Notes: a model not told the origin generated them from the sequence alone. 64,000 bases of DNA from Lingula anatina (GCA_051362555.1 JBPQGU010000016.1:5642001-5706000), one strand, 5' to 3'; counted from the stretch's first letter, positions 13,101-26,876 are shown. Numbers and translations: made by a program.

Positions 13101-13424
13101 TTTCTGGTTACTGTGTCTGTCCATGTCATCACTGTATGTGTCTGTAGATATTCTGGTTACTGTGTCTGTCCATGTCATCACTGTATGTGTCTGTAGATAT
13201 TCTGGTTACTGTGTCTGCCCATGTCATCACTGTATGTGTCTAGATATTCTGGTTACTGTGTCTGTCCATGTCATCACTGTATGTGTCTGTAGATATTCTG
13301 GTTACTGTGTCTGTCCATGTCATCACTGTATGTGTCTGTAGATATTCTGGTTACTGTGTCTGTCCATGTCATCACTGTATGTGTCTGTTGATATTATATT
13401 CTGGTTACTGTGTCTGTCCATATC
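13101..13424. repeat. 49-bp minisatellite, about 6.5 copies
   Basis: Unit TAGATATTCTGGTTACTGTGTCTGTCCATGTCATCACTGTATGTGTCTG; period measured as 13145 to 13194. Confidence 0.95.
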
Positions 13425-15814
13425 ATATTACTGTTTAAAATCTCAGTATATAAAGAAGGGAAGGGAGAATGACAGAAGTTGAAGAAGCCAGGGAGATAAC
13501 AGCTAGTCAGATGATAAGAATCTTAATTATTCTGACTTGGCTGCATTTCATAAAATTTACTGTCCTTAGAGTTCAGGACCAAGAGACATTTTTCACATGT
13601 GTTATATGCCAAAATTAATGTCTTTTTTATGCCTTTTTACGCCTTTTTGGCCATCTCTATATTATTGATGAGCTTAGCCCAGCTGGTGGTACCTCCATAC
13701 TTACCCAGGAGATGACAGCACCTCTCTGATCTTCTCATTGATACTTAGAATATGTATTTTATAGTTGAGACAGATTGGGTCTTACATTTCCTTTATACTC
13801 AGTATGTTTACCAGAATTAGTAATATAGCATTGCTTCAGGCTTCAGGCTTGAAAAAAAAAAAAAAAAAAAAAAGAATTCCGTATGGATTAGATGTGCCAA
13901 GGGCTGAGTAGATTACCTGATCTGAGACCATGATAGTACATTTATCTCGCTTAGAGCTCACTTTTGTCTTTTACATAAGAAAATTACATTTTGCATTATG
14001 TAATATGTGGCAAAAGAAACATGCCAAATCTCCATTTCCATGGTATGAAAGTTGTGGTAAAATTGACAACTTAAACCACCCTTTTATTTTTTTTTTAATT
14101 GCAATGTTGGGAGTGTGGCTGAATAAAACTGCTTGGAACTTGATATAAAAGCTGTCAGATTTGAAGTGACTATATTGCTTGCGTCTAAATTCCTAAGATA
14201 TATCTTAGTATTTGGCATGATAAAAATTGCTTTCACAGGTTGATTGGCATTTTTTATAGATAAGATTAGTGCTCTCTTGAAATTTACCATTTCTATAAAC
14301 TAGTATCTCTTGTCTATCTCAACAGATCAATGTAGACCTAATTGGAAATTGAAACCATAGAAAAGAGAGAGATGAAGACTTGTATCAAAGCAAAAACTGA
14401 ACTGGGGAATTATTGAGACAATAGGTGCTACTTGTACATGCTCTGCTATGCTTCATACCCTGCCCATGCATGTATTTTGTAGGCACTATTTTTATATACT
14501 GGTGTCTGAAAAGCATTTTTGGTTGAGACACAGGCTAGACATTTTTTATGCTCTATGTTGTGAAGAGGTAATTTAATAGTTGATACTTTCTCATTTTACT
14601 TATATAATTTGCTGCAGCATCTTGTTCCTTTTGATTCCTGGAAATATTGTTAAAATTTGACTTATTACAAATTTATTTTTAAAATAGGGAATGTTCATTG
14701 TTCAGATAGTTTTTTCGATAGTTTTTTTTCTGGGGGTAGGGATTTTTTGCCTTAGGAAGACTATATGAAGGAAGCAAGAAGCTGTCTGTCTTATGCAGGC
14801 ATCATGACTACTTGAAGCACTTACAATGTCGCACTTTACCAGTAGCTATCGTATTATAGTAAGACATCATCGAGAATTTGTGTATCTCAAGAGAATTTGA
14901 ATAACTCAAGGGTTTTTCCAGTATCATGCTAACCAGCTGAGGCATGTAAATGGCCTGTCTTTAGACAACTTCCTCAGTCAATCTTTAGCAACGCTACAAG
15001 TCAGAGTGATGATTCTGGTATTGTTGTTTTCCTGCAGGTATAAACAACTGTAAAATTAATATCTTCATGTTACTTTGTATGTGGTTTGAGCTCTACCTCG
15101 TGATCCTGTGTGGGCACTCTCACTGCATTAGATCTGTTGATCAAGTTCAGGCCATCCATGTGTGAAGTTCCAAATTCCATATTCATGCTCTCATCTGCTG
15201 TCAATTTAAGGGCAGTAGGCCACCAGCCAAACAAACATTTTATGGCAATTGTAACCAAGTCTTAATGTTTTCAATTTTTTGTGAATTTTGCATATCTTTG
15301 GTCGGGAAACTGTGCGTTCAATTTTCAGGAGTTACCCGGCAATCTTACGTACTTTCAATTTATGTACTTTCAATTATCTACTTTTTAGAAGATTTCTGAT
15401 AGTTTACATGAAATAATGTGCATGGGCTTGATCTGTGCTTATATTAAGAAGAAATATTTTCATTGGTTTAAAACTTTTTAGATGCCAAATTATTTTGAGT
15501 TATTACTTATTGGTGCCATCAAGCCTCTCTTATCAAGCCCATACTTCTATTTACCCAGAGGGAACCTTTTCCCAGAAAAAAATGGGGGTTCTTTTGACCC
15601 CCCCCCCCCCCAAACCCCCATGATGGCTGCGGGCGGCTTATGGTAATGTATTCTGGCACTGCCCTTGTAGTGAGATGTAATTGTTTTCTAAGGGTCTATG
15701 ATCAGGTGTTGCTTCATATACAGGTGGTAGCCCGCATCTGTGCATTTTATGGACAGAATTCATTTCTCTATAAAGCTTTCTTTGATACAGCAGCCAGTAA
15801 AGAGATCAAAGTCA

Positions 15815-15990
15815 TTTGATCGGATTAGATAGACCACCTTTGTAGAGTGTCCTGGTATTGAGGTACTGAGAATTTGTAATATACTAGAATGTTGTAAACA
15901 AGAGGAGGTGTGTAAATCTGTTTATCTGATTGCTTTCAGCAAGAGTCCCAGTGGAGATAGTACACAGTAGCTAGTAAGATAGAGCCATTG
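15815..15990. mobile_element. Decayed fold-back MITE (same family as 33841 and 35378)
   Basis: Shares ACAAGAGGAGGTGTGT…CTGATTGCWTTCAGCAAGAGTCC with 35378-35607. Confidence 0.6.
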
Positions 15991-16908
15991 TGAATGCAGC
16001 CTCCCGTCTCTGTTTATTGTATGCATGGTGTCATAAATTATAATCATCATTATGATAAAAGGCCATGAAAATGCAATAATGTTGACAGCTACATCAGGTG
16101 GTGTATAGTTGTAAATTAAGTCAAAACACCGTAATCTTCTCTGAAACTGCAATGATTGGTTTGCTTTCAAAACAATTATAAACACACGAGTTGAACTATG
16201 AAATGTTATGTTGTTGTCCTTGGTTCAGCTGAGAGCAAAAGTAGACAGGTTAACGAGGATGCTTGTCAATCAAAAACCAATTATTGATCATAGAAACATC
16301 CTAATTTTTTATTCATGTATTGTCTTGCCACCTGTAGATCAGTGGACATATTTTATAAAGGCTTTTAGTGTTTATTTGGACTTTATCATATCTGCAACAA
16401 ATGAACTCATTGCACTTGGACTCAGACACAATGTTATTGTAAAGCTAAATTCTACCTAGTTAGCAATAATTACATTTTGGTATTGTCATATTATTCTGCC
16501 AAGTTAATATCTTTTTCGTGCATTGTGTTGATTTTTTTTAATCACTGATAGACATTCCCCAGTTTTGTCATGGCAATGTTTCTCTTATCACTGTCTGTTA
16601 AAAATTAGGAATCATTTGCTATATATATGACCAAATGTGATTATCTGAAGAAATGTGTCACAAGGCCTACAGCTCAGCATGATCAGGTGCACATGGCATA
16701 TTGATCCATCCAGTACTTTTTATTCTTGAATGTGTCAACAGATTGCACACACATAGTAGAGTTGTCTATGTGATGGCAGTGTGTGATGCATGGTTCTTGT
16801 TGTAAATGAATTCTTCAATGTCTCACTGCTGCACTTTCTGCCAATGAAACACCTGTCATTGTGCTGAGCATATAATGGTTGATTTGTGTCATCCAAGATG
16901 GTGTTATG

Positions 16909-17058
16909 ACAGGCCCTTAGCCAGGGGGGGTTCGGGTGGTTCGAAAGAACCACCCTTTTTGCTGGGAAAAGGTCCACTCTGGTTAAAATTTGACCTATGT
17001 ACTTGAGGATTTTATGGTAAAAGGTCCACTTTTTCAGAAAACGAACCCCCCTCCCTAA
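16909..17058. mobile_element. MITE fragment with CAGGCCC(G/T)TAGCCAGGGGGG terminus
   Basis: Has a GC-rich terminus and internal AAAAGGTCCACT repeats. A related opposite terminus (…GACGGGCCTG) follows AAAGGACCTTTTT / GTGGACATTTT motifs at about 54345-54515. Confidence 0.55.
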
Positions 17059-18701
17059 CTTTCTTTTTTTTTACCATTTTTTTGACTTGCATGACTTGAT
17101 TGACTTTGCTGAGAGTTAAATGCAAAACAGATACATATGTATGATTCAGAAGTGTGATACCACAATACTTGTGTCAGACAGTAGAATGACACATGCATCA
17201 TAATTATGAGTGCTCATGCAATTGCTCTCAATTCTGCTCAAAAGAGCAACTGCTCCTAGTTTCTAGTGAAGTTTGTTATATATATATAATTTCTTACTAA
17301 TTTTTGTCAGTTTTCCTTAGGACTCACTTAATTTTTTTGTAAATGATTATCTGAAAGACAGGACAAACAAACAAACAAACAAACCCAAGGAGAAAGTAGC
17401 CAAGTTTTTTATTTTGATTTTTTTCTATTAAAATTTTAAACCCCTTCTCCCCTCTCTCTCTCTCTCTCTCTCTCTCATTTATGACTTAAGCAAGAGACTG
17501 AACATGTGTGAATTCACCCCAACACCTGACACCGCCCTTAAATTGTATATCATGATAATAGTTTTGAATGATTGATTTAATGACCGCAGACATAGGAAAT
17601 TGGCAGTAATAAAATTCCATGAAAACTAGGTTGTGTTGTCGTTGTCTGACTTTCCAATCACATCTACATATTCCAGGTACACCTGCTATGGTTGTTGAAC
17701 TCCAGGTATGCCCAGTAAGTGTGAACTCCAGATCCGAAATGGCATATGGCACTTGTACGTCTAGATCAAAGAAAAGATTGCAACTTTTGAAAAGAAAAAT
17801 CCTACCAACTTCATTTTTGAACTTAGATTGTATTTCACAGCAGATTTTAAGAAAAAGAATACAAAAAAATTCTGTTTTCTGGGTGCTTTGGCAACATTTT
17901 TAAAGGCATATAGACTAATAATATTAATGCAAAAAGTAGTTTTTCTTAGCTCTTGGTGCAGTACTCCATGCAGACACACACCTAGACTGTTGTTGGGCCT
18001 TGTCTTTCTTTTACCACAAAATCTGAAGTTTAGTGCCCCTTTCTTTCTCAGTTGAATTGATAGAAGAATTGCATGTGACTTGGTGATATGGGTTGAAGGC
18101 AATAAACTGAAAGCAGACAGTAAAGATGCAGGGTGAGGACATTAATTCATCCTTTCAGCTAAAATAGATTAAAAAGAAAGAAAACTGGAGCTGACTGCCA
18201 GGAAGAGTTTAAGTACAGTATGCGTGGCTGAAGACAGACTGATTGCTACAGAATCATCATTAAGTTCATCATTTTCTAAATGCTTTGGGGAACATCAGTA
18301 TATAGAGTGTTTATGGTCAGTGTTTTCTTGGAAAATGAGCTTTTTCATAGCTAGCATACAAAAAATCTTTCCTCATTTGTTCGGAGTAAATGTTTGCTAC
18401 ATTGAGTTCTTTGGTATGAATTTTTCAAGAAGTAAATACATGTACCAAGAAAATGTTTGCTGTCCCTAGACTTTGGCTTTCTTGGATTGGTTAAATGGCC
18501 TATGCTTATACCAACTAATTGCTGCAAGTGTATGATACAAGTGCTTTTCCCAGGGATTAATTTGTTTGATCACTTTGCAAGGCACATTAACACCACTGGA
18601 TTATAGATTTTTAGACATGATAAAAGTTAAGTGTGTAATGTTTTCTTGTCATTGTGAGTGGAGAAAAAATCTGAGAAAACAGTGATAATTTTACCCCTAT
18701 A

Positions 18702-18750
<49 letters not shown>

Positions 18751-20000
18751 AAAGAGAGATTTGAAAAACATTGCAATTTTTTATAGGAAAATAAAGACAA
18801 CAAATAATTTTTCAATTTTTCATATTTTATTTGTACTTGAACAATATCACACAACATGTAGAGTTACAGTGTAATAAAAAAAGTGTCCCTCTCCCCCCCC
18901 CCCCCTCCCCCCCCCCCCCCCCCCCCCCCGTAACTTAATTTTATGCGTATGTTACCAGCTGTATAAGTAAGTCTTTGCAACAGAAGAGCTAAATCTAACA
19001 ATATCTCGATGTCAGTAATGACGGACAAGAGGATGGATAAATTGAACAACAAATAAAATGATTTAATGTAATCGTAAGGTTGTTTAAAAGGAAAAAAGAT
19101 ACTGTGCACAGTAATTTATCTCAGGTGATGGGCTATTAAGAGACCAAATCCCACACCCACTGAAACTTGTACGTATATACACCTATGCGTTGAAACACAA
19201 AATAGGTATTGAAGAGAAACCCTCTGTAGAACTGGGAAATTGTTTGATAATTGTGGTAAAGCTGGTAGTTTTTAGGCTGGTCTGAAGAGCAAATATTGTT
19301 AAAAATACTGATTGCATTGTCTGTGTATCCCTAAGTTAAGCTCTTGCAGCCAGATGGGAAATTAACCATAAGGGAGTAAGAAAACGAAGTATAGTTTTAT
19401 CAATAAGTGAACTATTTGATAGATGTACATGTTGGGAATAGGACGAGAGAGGTCCTTTAGTGTACTCTAGTGTACATGGATACCTGAAATAAACAAAACC
19501 CAGATTGAAGATGTAAATCATGTGGGACCTTGATTCATTTTTTTTTTTTTTTTGATATCGAGGGCAACAAGTGCAGCTTATTTTTCAGGCTTGCTTGTCA
19601 TGTATATACTGATAATTTGATTAGGTGTAATCATTCTTTTGGTCTTCTGCAGAAGGCAAAGTACACTACCTATTTTTTACTTGATATATCATGAATCTTG
19701 TACTGTGGTGATTTATGAGAAATCTCTTGGGAGATTTATAAAACTGAGATTACAGTGGAATAAATGGATAAACCAACAATGATAACTCAGTTTCCTGCGT
19801 TCTGGATTTCTATCATCTGCCTGGAAACAGGATGCTGTTTTCCATTTTCTGTTTAAGATGATTTATTTCAAATGAGGAAAAAATAGAGTAAAATGTCTAG
19901 CATACTTGAACAATCACCTGTCCACAGGCTGGTCTACAACGTATAGGGAAAATATTGTGTTTTGTTGCTAAAAATGTAATGGAAAAAATAGATATGATGA

Positions 20001-20290
20001 AGGGCCCATTTATGTTCAGATATCAGACCAGTTGGGCCAGTCCAACTCTGCAGGGAATCCTCTCTAAGTGCAATCAATGGGATCAGCTTAATTGTCTGAC
20101 ACGCCTCCTTGAGCAGCAAGAGGGTAATTTATTTGCGCACACACAGAAGTTAATCACACACCTAGCTGCTCAAGGAGGCGTGTCAGATAATTAAGCTTAA
20201 TCCACTGATTGCACTTCAGAGAGAATCCCATGCAGAGTTGGACCAACGTACCCAGCTGGTACAAAAATGTCTGAATCTGAATGTAGTCTA
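20001..20290. mobile_element. Fold-back (palindromic) MITE, Harbinger-like superfamily
   Basis: Arms of about 76 bp at 20042-20117 and 20165-20241 are near-perfect inverted repeats (…GTCTGACACGCCTCCTTGAGCAGC / GCTGCTCAAGGAGGCGTGTCAGAT…). Core motifs are shared with the other fold-back MITEs in the window. Confidence 0.8.
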
Positions 20291-22199
20291 AGACCATAAT
20301 GTTTGCTATTGTGGTGTAGTTTATCATGAAATACATCATTTTTTATCAATGGAAACAATTTTATTTTTATATTCTCTCCTAGTTTTGCTTGTCATTGACA
20401 TGGTCTCTAAAGTATCTGAATGTTTTTTTTTCAGAAATCACAGCTACTCACACAATTGCATCGTAGCCTAAATCATCATCTGCAACTTCAACATCTGACA
20501 TTCTGATGATGTTCTGTGCTAATGTATACAACATGGGACATCATCAGAAGTTGCTCAGTGTGCAATATGTTTTGGAGTAAAATTCAAACAGCTGGCATGA
20601 TTGACTGTACACTAGGGATTATCAGATGTAGCAGAGGGGAGCTCTCTAAAGTTGCCCTGAGGTGCAGAAATGCCCAGAGGGTTAAAGGTTCTATTAATCT
20701 TCACCCTGTACCAGTTATGAAAATCAATAACTAAATAACAACATGGAAATACATAGATAATATCTGTAATTGTTTAGGCATGGACAAAATCAATGTGTAC
20801 AAGAAATACAATATGAGGTGAAAAATAAAAAGTGTAAATATAGCTGTCTAAAAGAGGTGAAAAAGTTGTACAATACCATGGTTGAAAACAGTTGTGCCAT
20901 TGAAAAAGTGTTATGACATTGAAAAAAATCAGTATATACACACCACAGATTGCAGTACTAACAAATGTTGAAAAAAGTGTATCACAATATTGAAGTATAG
21001 AGTAGCAAGATGTTCTTCTATATACTTACTTTGGTTTTCCATATTACTCCGAGTCAGGTATTCTCTGAGGCCCTAATTGCCTCATGTAAATAGACCTTTT
21101 AATTTACAGGCCATGTACCCCTGTTCACAGATAGAGAAATGTAATTTCCAGGTGATTTCGTCATAATGGCAGATGCTCCACCTAACTGATTTATCTAGGG
21201 GCCTCAATTTGTGTTATAGCCAAGAGAATAATACCGTTAAGTTTCTTCTGCAATAACCTCATGCAAAGTGACAATTAAAACCTCATTGGCAGTTCAAGAG
21301 AGTTAATTCTTGCTTATAGTTATCTAGAAAATACTGTCTAAATATGCAGCTGAAATAGCATAAAGACAGTATTTAGAATATTGAAGTAGGATTGAAACAC
21401 TGATATGATAAGATTTATGAATAAAGAATCTGTAAATTCTTAAGGAGAAAGTCTGGTGCAATTATTAAGGAAGCTGTTTGTCTTATACTGTGCTTCATCT
21501 GATTTGCAATTTATATTGACATGTACTTGCACACCTATTAGATATAACCCTAATTTAATCTTCTTATCCAATTTTTGTACAAATATATTAAATGATTATT
21601 GTAGATGATTAAATGAGTCTAACTAAATTGTACTTAATCTCATCATTGATGCCATGAATATTTCACTTGCATTTGGAAAAGGCATCTGGTTGAATGGTAC
21701 AAATGATGCTCTTTGCAGCACCAAGTAATTGCACTAGGTTTACGAGTTGTCAATTTTCCATGGATGTCATGTTTCAAAGTAGGAAATCTCAAATTTACTT
21801 AGATAAATTTCATTGATTGAACCTTTTTCTATCTAAACTTGCAATAAATGTGTCATCTATTATACTGCATTGAGTAAGAGTTGACATATTGAATGCTAAG
21901 TGCTAAATAACACGTACATTTGAACATCTAAACATTTGTGATTTATATCAGTTAGCCTATGGTTGGTACCCTTAATTTCCCTTAACATTCATTTTTTTAT
22001 GGGGGTGAAATGGGATGGATAAAAAGTGCACTACTAAAATTTTCCATGGAATTTGTGTATCAGTTTCCAATCAGTGATAAACATTCAACCTAATTGAATT
22101 TAATTTCTGAACATAACAGGGATTAACTTCTCTACCCTTTTCACCCTGAGTGTCACACTGATTGGTATCAGTGTATCAAAATTAAATGAAGGGTGTCCC

Positions 22200-22203
<4 letters not shown>

Positions 22204-22283
<80 letters not shown>
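22204..22283. repeat. (TA)n microsatellite
   Basis: About 40 TA units. Other microsatellites: (TG)n 18703-18748, (AATAC)n 28426-28462, (TA)n 33087-33152, (TTTA)n about 37431-37480, (CT)n 44510-44582. Confidence 0.95.
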
Positions 22284-22286
<3 letters not shown>

Positions 22287-22727
22287 TATGCGGGCAAGTT
22301 TTTGATCTAGGCCCTGAGAGCGTTGCCAAGCTCCATTTTTCTCAACAGAGCACCCTGATTAATGAACTAAGACAGGCATGCAAGCAAAAGTCACCATGTT
22401 ACAGTCTTGGTATTGTTTACGTAAGTAAGTAAGTAAGTAACACAAACTTTGATTGAGTAGTTTTTAAGGTTGAAAAATTATCAATTGAAAGTTTAAAGCA
22501 AGAAATTCTTGATGAGTGTTTGTTTCTGTTAGTTTACAGCAGAAAAATGCCTTCATAAGTAATATGAATGGAAATGCAAAATGGATCTTTTCATCTACAT
22601 ATTATTTTTATACAGTCTTCAAGAAAAAATCTGAAATTTGCCCACTGCAATTTTCCATATATTTTTATATTTTTCCTAATGTTATCAGTCTCCTAGAATA
22701 AAAATCTAGAGATCAGTAATTTCCCAA

Positions 22728-22762
<35 letters not shown>

Positions 22763-22805
22763 CACATTATAAGGATTGATGAAAATAGAAATAGTAAATA
22801 AAATA

Positions 22806-24053
22806 TCATATGACAGTAATGGAATCTGCATTTCGGTTAAAATCTACCGAGTCAGTTGGAGCCATTGGACTTCTTGGGGTCAAGGCACCTTCTGGACATG
22901 GTGGCTTGGTTGTAGCCAAGCTGTTTTTACTTGCCATCTCTGCTTGAGCATTTTCTTGCAGTGGCATCTTTTCTTTTTCAATCTTGGGCGGTGAAGGGGA
23001 TATGTTTCTTGTCATCAGAAGACGGCTGTCAAGATTTAGCCTTTCGTCTGCAGCATTTGTCTTGAAACGTTCTCTGTACAGAGTCCGTAGACATAATTCA
23101 CGTATTTGTTGGTTCATAGCACCATAAATGAGTGGTGTGATGCAAGTCCCAATGTGATGGAGAAGTGAGATGAGGATGTATACATCTCCACTGACAGTGT
23201 TGTGTCTGTCACCAAGTTTTACAAGGCCGTAGATCATGTATCCAATAATAAACACCAGAAATATCACGCCAAACATTTTGGTAATTTGAATTTCTCGTTG
23301 TGAAGTAGCATGGGCGCTTCTCACTCTTCGTGCAACTCTGCGCACATGAATAAAAATCAGTCCAAAGCAAACAACAACAATAGCGCATGGTATGGCAATC
23401 ATGTTCAAGATCACAATGACAGTCAGAGAAGTGTACTTTGGGGATACCACACAGCGGATGAGCTTAGGGATGAACTTCGAAGATGGACTGAGAATTAATG
23501 GTATAAGGCAGCACGCGGGAATAATGCGGGCAAGTATCAGCACCATTACAATATACATTTTCTGGTTCATCCCATTGTAGACCGTCGTCTTCACTACCAC
23601 TAAGTAACGATGTATGGCGATGAAGGCGGAATGCCAGAGAGAGCATCCGGTGAAAAGTATGGCGAGTAGCGGCAGAATGGTGCACCAATGGTATTCAGCC
23701 AACCACTGCACTGTGAAGTAAGTCTGGATTACAGTTGGTTCACAGATCCCTATGTTCATTACATCATTTACACACAAACTCACGATGAAAACATTGATGG
23801 CATTCAAAAGTTTCCTGTTATAACATAGTACTGCCATTATCCAAAGGTTTCCTGCCAGTCCGCCAATTGTGAATACCACCATTATAATGGCAGCCGTGAT
23901 TGCTATGCCTTGTGTAGGAAGCAGATGAGTCTTACTGTTGCTTGTTGTATTCAAAGTAGCGTTTAATGTCCCATTGTATGTATTTACAAATTCAGTCCAG
24001 TATGTCTCTGAGAAGTTGCCTTGTGAAACCAAATCCTCCACGGTAGCAGCCAT
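22806..24053 (-). CDS. Class A (rhodopsin-like) GPCR, moody/Tre1/melatonin-receptor-like; single coding exon, 415 aa
   Basis: Intact ORF with N-glycosylation-rich N-terminus (NFS, NGT, NAT, NTT) and 7 hydrophobic segments. Motifs: GN in TM1, SLCVND in TM2, Cys at the top of TM3 and in ECL2, IAIHRY (NRY/HRY type), REIQITKM before TM6 (moody/Tre1-like), TPLIYGAMNQQIR in TM7/helix 8. A splice acceptor (CTTTTTCTATTTCCAG) at 24099 implies an upstream non-coding exon. Confidence 0.92.
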   Translation of the reverse strand: MAATVEDLVSQGNFSETYWTEFVNTYNGTLNATLNTTSNSKTHLLPTQGIAITAAIIMVVFTIGGLAGNLWIMAVLCYNRKLLNAINVFIVSLCVNDVMNIGICEPTVIQTYFTVQWLAEYHWCTILPLLAILFTGCSLWHSAFIAIHRYLVVVKTTVYNGMNQKMYIVMVLILARIIPACCLIPLILSPSSKFIPKLIRCVVSPKYTSLTVIVILNMIAIPCAIVVVCFGLIFIHVRRVARRVRSAHATSQREIQITKMFGVIFLVFIIGYMIYGLVKLGDRHNTVSGDVYILISLLHHIGTCITPLIYGAMNQQIRELCLRTLYRERFKTNAADERLNLDSRLLMTRNISPSPPKIEKEKMPLQENAQAEMASKNSLATTKPPCPEGALTPRSPMAPTDSVDFNRNADSITVI

Positions 24054-25805
24054 TGTTGTTCTTCAACACGATGGTTTCCAATCAGTCTTGTGCTTCTTCT
24101 GGAAATAGAAAAAGAGCAGTTAAGTCATAGGCTCACTACTCATCAATCAAAAATGATTGTTATATTGATCATTGTCTTTTTAACTGTAAATGTTGTACAT
24201 GTTACCTAAAATCTGGCTGTTAGGAAGATAACCCTTGAGTTGAAGTGCTTCTGGTCAACTTTTCATCAGATTATTTCACCATAAAAGTGGCAAAATAAGG
24301 AAACTGCTTACTGAGATGACAAGAGAAGCAGTTGCAGGTCTTCATTTGTCAAGCATGATGGCTTTCTTAATTAAATCATTCACAGCGCACAAAGTGCAGC
24401 CCTTTTAATGTCAAAGTGGAAATGAATGATTCGCCTCACATACTGAAAGACTTTTCCATGTGATTTGATATAGATAACTATATACCCTGTTCTGTGGCCT
24501 CTGCCTGCTTGACTCCTCATTGATGTTTAGTTCAAACAAAAACCAATCTGAGGGGAATTTAAATTGCTAAAAACCACCAGAATAGAGCCTCTTTTGATAA
24601 TATGTTTTGTTTAGATATCTTTTTAATAAAATAATATAATTAGTACTTGATTCTATGATAAACATTCAAAAGGACTCGATTTTATGAAAGATTTACTAAT
24701 AACAAACTTGTCAGTGTTTGATTAAAGCAAGCATTCATATACTGAACAAATAAAGCTACATAATTAAATATGTTTCTTAGCTTATGACAGACAAGAGGCA
24801 ATCAAATGCCTTTAATAATTATATGATGTTCTTCGTAAGTTAGACAAATTCTTTTGACATTATGAATTCTGTTCACCAAGACATCTTTGTTTTAAATTTT
24901 ATGGAATTTCAATATAGATTACATTCACAGCCTTAGACTTGTTACCAAGCATATTTACATAACAACAGTGACCATTGAACTGTAATGAATTAGATTATTT
25001 TCTTTTGTTTTCATTTTCCTTAAATATCTTATTCACAGAAACACAATTAATATACAAATTTACCATGCCTGTTGCCATTTTGCTAATTAGGCTATACAGT
25101 TGATAATCTGAAGATATAATTTAGAACTTTCTTAATTAAATCTCATTTTTTTCTGATTGATACAGTTGATAATCTGAAGATTTGAAACTTTCTTAAACTA
25201 CAAGCATTTCTAAACTCTGGTTCTGATGATGGCCACTGTGAACATTGCAGAGTGTAAAAAGAAAAAAAAGCTTGCCTTATAATTCTTACACTGCACTGAG
25301 CTCTATGGCTGTCGGTGTTGCTTCTGTTCACTGTGTGCTAAAGACTGCAGTTGTTACTCCTCTTAAGACAGACACACATTCTGTTTTGTGTTTAAACGGG
25401 CACCTGTTAGCAGACTATTGATTCCTGCATTACGGAAGATCACTTAATTATTTTTCCTCGCCTACTGGAGGTTATACTCCCACTTGGCTTTTAAACTGGC
25501 CCTTCGTGTTATTAACAGAAGAACTGAGAGAACATGTAAAGATGACTGCAGTGTTTTAACATCTGCTGAATTATTGGAATAAAATTGCTTGGCGTCATAC
25601 GTATGAGTCGTTTTTTTCCACTGATATGCACCAATGTGTATGATGGTATTTTGTTAAATGATGCATATTGTGTTTTTCTTCATGTATGCGTATGGCAGTG
25701 TGTGCAGATGGCGTTATGTTGTCATATTTATAAAATATACCTGTATATATAAATTATTAGTTAATGAGGATAGTCTGCCTTCTGGTTCAGGTTATGCCCA
25801 GCATG

Positions 25806-26310
25806 TTTATTATGTACAAGCCGACACTTAGTGTCTGTACATATAGCCATTACCCAGGTCTGCTGTCTGTGTGCACTTTCAGAGAGAACACAAAAAGTGG
25901 AAAACTGCTTTACCTTTTGTTTTCTAACTTAACTGATTGATATTCATAACATGCAGGTCTACTTTGAAATTCAGCTTGATCCAACCATTGTTCTGGAAGT
26001 TATGCAATTTTTTCACTTTCTTTATAAATGCAATACAGATAATACATTGAATGTGAAAAATTGATGACCTGCTGTCTTCAAACTTATAGGAGTGCCCAGT
26101 TATTATTAAAATTCAAGTTGATTTGAAAACCAGTCTGATCAATGCATTTTTTCTTGAAGTTGTGCTATTTTTTGTATTTTTCAGCATATATTATTTGCAA
26201 TACAGGTAACACATTTCATGGAAGATTGTTTTACCTATTGTCTTCATACTTACTGATGGATATTACTTAGATACAGGTACGATTTTGTAAACCTTTCCTT
26301 TACTTGTCTG
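25806..26310 (+). mobile_element. Old HINE-like (Helentron non-autonomous) copy with about 3 decayed ~160-bp units
   Basis: Head TATGTACA…GACACTTAGTGTCTGTACATATAGCCAT matches the head at 38865. The units resemble the 161-bp satellite (AAGTGGAAAAC…TTTACCTTTTG…ATATTCATAA…GCAGGTC). The 3' end is uncertain. Confidence 0.75.
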
Positions 26311-26876
26311 TGTTAGAAACAGATGTTTTGAATGTTGTAGGTGGCCATTTGCTATCTTTCCCTATGCTTCCTTCTGTCTAAAATATAATTTTAGTACAGT
26401 GTACTTTCATGAATGACCTATGCAAAATGCCTCTTTATGTTGCATACTTTATATAGGGGCATTGTTTCAGTAGAAATAATTAAATATTGTCATCGAACAG
26501 AGTTGAGCAGAGATTTTCATCATTAAGGGGTTCTTGTATATATCCATTCTTTAATAATCCGAATATGCATGTTCCTTCCTACTTAATTGCTTGCTTCAAA
26601 GCTGTATGATATGTAATTACTTATTGCTTTGAATAGAACAGATATAGGATTTGCTCTGAGTGTGGTATATATGCTATGTCAGATCCTCTGGAATAGGGGT
26701 TTGTTCAATTATCAGCGACTGTGACTCCTATCTCCTTTGCATTATAATAAACATTGGGATTAGAGTCAGATTTTTATTGTAACCAAACTATTGCTCACTG
26801 TCAATCATTGGCAGATCTCAACCAATCAGCATACAATATTTTCACACACTCCACTTCTTAACACAAACTAGCTATA

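Noticed and set aside
13078-13341. Cys/His-rich ORF resembling a metallothionein or zinc finger
   Set aside because: It is a translation of the 49-bp minisatellite cycling through frames.
17486-17760. 88-aa minus-strand ORF behind a good acceptor-like tract
   Set aside because: No recognisable domain, internal ~27-nt quasi-repeats, and no partner exons; it cannot be supported without expression data.
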